A DNA stretch of 64,000 bases, from NCBI GenBank assembly GCA_002269645.1, contig NIVC01002263.1:1-64000 (forward strand), written 5' to 3'. The position numbers were made by a program, and so were the translations under genes. The first letter of the stretch is position 1. Each line of letters begins with the position of its first letter. Under the pieces are notes generated by a model, which saw nothing but the letters and a program-made list of their open reading frames with translations, searched no databases and was not told where the DNA came from. Shown one piece after another: positions 58,335 through 64,000 of this stretch. The stretch is from Macrostomum lignano (Eukaryota).

Positions 58335-59946
58335 CTGATAAGGCGCCCCGGCGGGCACGAAGACGGTGTCGCCCTGGAACTGCACAATCACGGCGGGGCG
58401 CAGGCCGCACTTGAGTCTGAGCCGGTCCAGCTCCGCAGGTCCCAGGTAGGTGCCCGTCTGCTCCGCCAGCGGGTTGCCGCCGCCATTTTCGGCGCCGGCA
58501 GCCAGGAAGCGGCGCAGTTTGGCGGCGTCGGCAGGCCGGAAGACGTGCCAGAGGGCGCCGGGCAGACGGGAGTCCACGGCGATGGAGCGCAGGACGCCGG
58601 GGTCAACGCTGGCCCGCTCCAGTGCGGCGAAGGCGGCGGCCTTCTGCTGCTCCAGCGCGTCCTCCGGAGCGGCCACGTGGGCCAGCAGCACGGCCAGGTC
58701 GGCTGGCTGGCAGTGCAGCGCGAATGTGCCGGCAGTCTCGGTGCGCGACATGCCGTAGGCGCAGGTGAGCCGGGGAGGCGCGCAGCCGGCCGCCAGGTTG
58801 CAGCGGCCGCCGGCTCCGGTGTACTCGGCAAACGGCACAGCCTTGGCGAGCTCGGACAGCGGCAGGCTGAACGGCTGGCCGGCGGGCGGGCGGAGCCGCA
58901 GCGAAAGCGGGTCGCCTGTGGCGGGGTTCTTCAGCCGGCGCTTCATGCTGTCGAAGCCGTCCCAGAAGTGGCGGGTGGGGCTGGCGGGCAGCTCGGTGCC
59001 GGCGTCGCAGTTCAGCACGCTGCATCGGCAGCCGGTCAGGCCGCGGCTCAGACTGCGCGGATGCCACCAGGCGTCGGCAGCAGCGGCGGCAGCGGCTGGC
59101 AGGCAGTTGGCCACCACAACTGGGAGGCCGCGGCGCCAGTGCCGCTGGAAGGCCAAGCAGCCGGGGCCGTCGGCCTGGCGCGGCGGCTCAGAGAAGCGCA
59201 GGATGAGGCTCCGGTTGTACGCGGCCTCCGCGTCTGGGTCTGCCGGGCTGTCGGCGGCTACTGGCGGCGGCGGCGGCGGCGGCGACTCCGGCGGGGAGAG
59301 CGGCGGCACGCGGAGGCTGGCAACGGCGGAGGCGAGGCGGGCGAAGGCGTCCCCAGGGACGTTGGTGGCCAGCAGCAGGCGGTCGGGCTCGTGCGCCTGC
59401 CGACCGACCGTGCAGTCGCCTGCGGCTGCCACGCCGCCGCCTGGACGAAGCCGCGTCGCTGGCCGGTCGGAGGAGGAGGCGGCAGCGGCTGCTGCGGCGG
59501 CGGCTGGGTCGGAGAGGCGGCAGTCGGGGCAGAGGGCGTAGCCGCACTTGCCGCAGCAGAAGTAGGCGCCGAACAGCGTTGAGTCGCACTGGTCGCAGGC
59601 TGTACCGCAGTTGCCCCGTCCGACGCCGCCGACGTCTCGACGGCGCCAAAGCGACGCGGCGTTCGTGCCATCGCCCCCGGCTCCGCCGTAGCGGGCGCGC
59701 AGCTGGCGCTCCTGGCTGGCGAGTTCCTGGAAGGCTTCGCCGACAAAACTCAGCAGCCGTCGGGCCTCCGAGGCGACGACGCCAGGGGCGGCGGCTGCGG
59801 CGGCTCCGTTTGGCGGCTTGCGCAGCCAGGCGGCCAGGTCCTCGGGCTCGGCCTCGGTTGACTCGCAGAAGCCGCAGGCGGTCAAGCCGCCTTTCTTGTT
59901 GTAGCGCAGCCTGCGGTGCAAGATGGCGGAGAGTTTGGATTCTGGG
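58335..59946 (-). CDS. KDM3/JMJD1-family protein, large exon with C6 zinc finger and JmjC domain (predicted inactive); 5' part of gene not found
   Basis: CDQCDSTLFGAYFCCGKCGYALCPDC (KDM3 Zn finger); FQRHWRRGLPVVV; HFWDGF; PFAEYT...G..NLA; PGALWHVF; IVQFQGDTVFVPAGAPYQ|GTAGGG. Acceptor uncertain (candidates 59941, 59946, 59976). Confidence 0.9.
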
Positions 59947-59964
59947 CTGCCAGATTGGATGTCA

Positions 59965-60178
59965 GGCAGCGCCAAGCTGGGTACTAGTGGCGCCAAGCTG
60001 GGTACTAGTGGCGCCAAGCTGGGTACTAGTGGCGCCAAGCTGGGTACTAGTGGCGCCAAGCTGGGTACTAGTGGCGCCAAGCTGGGTACTAGTGGCGCCA
60101 AGCTGGGTACTAGTGGCGCCAAGCTGGGTACTAGTGGCGCCAAGCTGGGTACTAGTGGCGCCAAGCTGGGTACTAGTA
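59965..60178. repeat. 21-nt minisatellite AGTGGCGCCAAGCTGGGTACT, ~10 copies
   Basis: Explains the LAPLVPS repeat at the start of the 818-aa ORF; abuts the KDM3-like exon. Confidence 0.96.
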
Positions 60179-61369
60179 GTTTATTGATAAAAAATGAATT
60201 ATATTTTTGTTTTCAAGTGATTCTACGCAGGCAAACTACTTAAAGTAGGTGATAATAAATCCCTAATATAAAAGATTGCATAAAATTTACGTTTCTAAAT
60301 ATTTTCTAGCTTGTTTCAGCCTCGTGACTCAGACGTGCGCTGTCTCAGCCTATTTTTAGTGCATTCGCCTGCCTATATGCAGTAGATAAGTTCGGAGGCC
60401 TCCTAATTAAATTATGCCAGTTTAGGAGGCCAGATTAATAATAGAATAGATGGATCGATAGGAGTACGGATTGTAATAAATTAAGCCTAATGCTCCGTTC
60501 GTGTTAACTCGACTTGTACCGCGCGCGCTCCCTGCCTTGCCAGTTATGCACTTTTATGCACTTTTACGGAGGCCGCTGGGACAGAACGGTTCTCTCTCTC
60601 CTGAATGCTCTCCGCCACCCCCCTCCCACCCCGGGGAGGACAGACACGGAGTTGCGTGCTTAGGGAATTCGATTGTAGCAAGCAAGTATATGTATGGGAT
60701 TATAAGGAATTGGCTGGGGACACCGCGCTTTCGTGTGAGTCAGTTCTCGAGCGGAATTTCACGAAGCGGAGGCGTTTCACATTCCCCAGTGACATCCGCC
60801 TCAACATTCCCCAGTGACATCCGACTCCACATTCCCCCACTTTCACATTCACCAGTGACATCTGACTGCACATTCCCCTCCCAATTTCACATTCCCAAAT
60901 GACAGTTGTTATAAGAGGCCTATCTAGCCTAAATGCTGATGACAAGCACCATAATGTCAGTTTCTAATTGCGTCACTGCACTCCAAGCCGCAGCCTGAGA
61001 AACGGTACGATAGCGCTGGCTGCAAAATTAATGAATTCGGCTACAGAATAGATGGGGCGCTGTTTCCAATTGCAGACTAACAAACACACAACTAGGGTTT
61101 TGATGAGTTTGCTACAAAAAATTGTTGCAAACAGATAGAAAGGCGGAAGCTTTTCTACTTGACTGGCTGAGTGGCTTGCTACTGTTGCAGTCACGATTCT
61201 TTAATTTTAGACTGCGTGCGAAAACAGCCTCCCTTCATGCATGCTCCACTGCTTTCATCTTTTCCCAACCTAACGCAGGCTATCCTTTCCCTCCCCTGCC
61301 CCTATTGCTCTCCCTTCTATTCCCTCCCTTTCTCAAATCCCACCTTCTGTGTGCCACAATTAGTGCAGC

Positions 61370-61950
61370 CTTCTCCCACTCTCCTTGTGTTACCCTCTCC
61401 CCTTCCACTCTCTCCCTCTAGCTCTAGAGTCTCATCTCTCCCTTCTCCCACTCTCCTTGTGTTACCCTCTCCTCTTCCACTCTCTCCCTCTAGCTCTAGA
61501 GTCTCATCTCTCCCTTCTCCCACTCTCCTTGTGTTACCCTCTCCTCTTCCACTCTCTCCCTCTAGCTCTAGAGTCTCATCTCTCCCTTCTCCCACTCTCC
61601 TTGTGTTACCCTCTCCTCTTCCACTCTCTCCCTCTAGCTCTAGAGTCTCATCTCTCCCTTCTCCCACTCTCCTTGTGTTACCCTCTCCCCTTCCACTCTC
61701 TCCCTCTAGCTCTAGAGTCTCATCTCTCCCTTCTCCCACTCTCCTTGTGTTACCCTCTCCTCTTCCACTCTCTCCCTCTAGCTCTAGAGTCTCATCTCTC
61801 CCTTCTCCCACTCTCCTTGTGTTACCCTCTCCTCTTCCACTCTCTCCCTCTAGCTCTAGAGTCTCATCTCTCCCTTCTCCCACTCTCCTTGTGTTATCCT
61901 CTCCTCTTCCACTCTCTCCCTCTAGCTCTAGAGTCTCATCTCTCCCTCTC
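61370..61950. repeat. 72-nt pyrimidine-rich minisatellite, ~8 copies
   Basis: 24-aa periodicity in track ORFs. Confidence 0.95.
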
Positions 61951-61974
61951 TCCCACTCTCCCACTCTCCCTCTC

Positions 61975-62470
61975 ACCCTCTCCTTCTCTCCCTCACCCTC
62001 TCTCCCTCACCCTCTGTCCCTCACCCTCTCTCCCTCACCCTCTCTCCCTCACCTTCTATCCCTCACCTTCTCTCCCTCACCTTCTCTCCCTCACCTTCTC
62101 TCCCTCACCTTCTCTCCCTCACCTTCTCTCCCTCACCTTCTCTCCCTCACCTTCTCTCCCTCACCTTCTCTCCCTCACCTTCTCTCCCTCACCTTCTCTC
62201 CCTCACCTTCTCTCCCTCACCTTCTCTCCCTCACCTTCTCTCCCTCACCTTCTCTCCCTCACCTTCTCTCCCTCACCTTCTCTCCCTCACCTTCTCTCCC
62301 TCACCTTCTCTCCCTCACCTTCTCTCCCTCACCTTCTCTCCCTCACCTTCTCTCCCTCACCTTCTCTCCCTCACCTTCTCTCCCTCACCTTCTCTCCCTC
62401 ACCTTCTCTCCCTCACCTTCTCTCCCTCACCTTCTCTCCCTCACCTTCTCTCCCTCACCTTCTCTCCCAC
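61975..62470. repeat. 14-nt minisatellite CCTTCTCTCCCTCA, ~35 copies
   Basis: Direct read. Confidence 0.96.
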
Positions 62471-63284
62471 CCTCTCCCTTCATTTCTCTACTAGTATCTG
62501 CAGTTTTCGCCCCTCTCCCTCCTGTCTCCTTACCTGCCTCTCCCCAGTCTTTCTCTTTGAATTCCCAGTTTCTCCCTTCTCTCCCCTTCGCCATTGTTTC
62601 TTTCCAGCTTTCTCAAACCCCCTTCCCTTGTAAGCAACAACAGCAACAGCCCGCAAAGTTCACGTGGCGTTCCCGGCCTCCCCCGCCCTTCGCCATTATC
62701 TTTACCTAGCTCACTATTTAACTACTCAAGAATTTTCTGCTCAGTCTTTCTCAGTTGAACACGAGGCTCCGATTGCAGCCGGTGCGCTCTGTATTATTTT
62801 ACTGACTATAGTTAGCCAAGCCAGCTAGGCTTGTCAGACCGGCAACAGGCCGGGCGGAAATGCAGACCCGCGGCACCCGTCCACTTCCCCTCCCCGTCCG
62901 CAAGCCCGCCTGTTGTTTGTTGCACTGCTAGTTGCTAGCTAATTCTGGGCTTTTTCCCTGCTTTGCTTTGGGCATAGCCTGACATTCTGAAAATACAGTT
63001 TCTTTCATTTCTTTAAACACCATCCTACAGCAGGCTTGTCTACGGTGCAATATTCAGCTCAATTCATCAGGGTATGTGTCCGTGCAAGAGCAGAATTAGG
63101 GAAATGTGTGACATTTAATCTCTCACAATATGATACCGACTCATATCACTTTGACACTATAATACAACTATACCTCTGACTCCTCTACACTCCTCCACTC
63201 TGACAACTTTTGTCCTCACCCCGAAACCTATGATTACACACCCATACAAGTACAAACAAATCTTGTATGGATTGTACGGACACC

Positions 63285-63965
63285 CAGACACCTCAAATCT
63301 CACACCCAGACAACTCAAATCTCACACCCAGACACCTCAAATCTCACACCTAGACACCTCAAATCTCACACCTAGACACCTCAAATCTCACACTCAGACA
63401 CCTCAAATCTCACACCCAGACACCTCAAATCTCACACCTAGACACCTCAAATCTCACACCCAGACACCTCAAATCTCACACCCAGACACCTCAAATCTCA
63501 CACCCAGACACCTCAAATCTCACACTCAGACACCTCAAATCTCACACTCAGACACCTCAAATCTCACACCCACCAGACACCTCAAATCTCACACCTAGAC
63601 ACCTCAAATCTCACACTCTGACACCTCAAATCTCACACTCAGACACCTCAAATCTCACACCCACCAGACACCTCAAGTCTCACACTCAGACACCTAAAAT
63701 CTCACACTCAGCCACCTCAAATCTCACACTCAGACACCTCAAATCTCACACCCAGACACCTCAAATCTCGCACCCAGACACGTCAAATTTCACACCCAGA
63801 CACCTCAAATCTCACACTCAGACACCTCAAATCTCACACCCAGACACCTCAAGTCTCACACCCAGACACCTAAAATCTCACACTCAGACACCTCAAATCT
63901 CACACTCAGACACCTCAAATCTCACACCCAGACACCTCAAATCTCGCACCCAGACACCTCAAATC
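63285..63965. repeat. 22-nt minisatellite CAGACACCTCAAATCTCACACC, ~30 copies
   Basis: Direct read. Confidence 0.95.
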
Positions 63966-64000
63966 CATCCCTGCCAGCCGCCCCCAATCCAGTCCCAGTC

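Noticed and set aside
57708-60164. The 818-aa ORF as a single-exon protein
   Set aside because: Its LAPLVPS head and PPTFCNRESS tail are minisatellites. The real frame leaves at the donor at 58334 and resumes at 57467.

Overview
Eukaryotic (animal) genomic DNA. GC-rich poly-Ala/poly-Pro exons in AT-rich, minisatellite-packed introns suggest a free-living flatworm such as Macrostomum; this is inference, not a database match. The window has two zones. 1-16.8 kb is a transposon graveyard: nested hAT-like and Harbinger MITEs, a Ty3/Gypsy LTR+PBS+gag and RT remnant, two LINE 3' ends, a tRNA-SINE and a deleted mariner. It also holds two intronless chromatin genes, Dr1/NC2beta (intact) and BAF (1-nt frameshift). 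18.6-64 kb holds a 10-exon LNX1/2-type RING+4xPDZ E3 ligase (+, 18602-52200, every splice phase reconciled by hand) and, convergent to it, the 3' part of a KDM3/JMJD1-family JmjC gene (-) whose metal and 2-oxoglutarate ligands are substituted. About half of this second zone is ~26 distinct, locally born tandem arrays, most starting or ending close to splice sites. All very long ORFs in the track other than the JmjC one are repeat artefacts. No CRISPR, rRNA or genuine tRNA gene is supported. Best leads: the catalytically dead KDM3, a possible spliced-leader-donated start codon and a RING-less alternative exon for LNX, splice-site-hugging minisatellites, an LTR carrying triplicated AP-1/MEF2/CRE modules with a doubled primer-binding site, and the frameshifted BAF. 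Family motif comparisons are from memory and were not computed.
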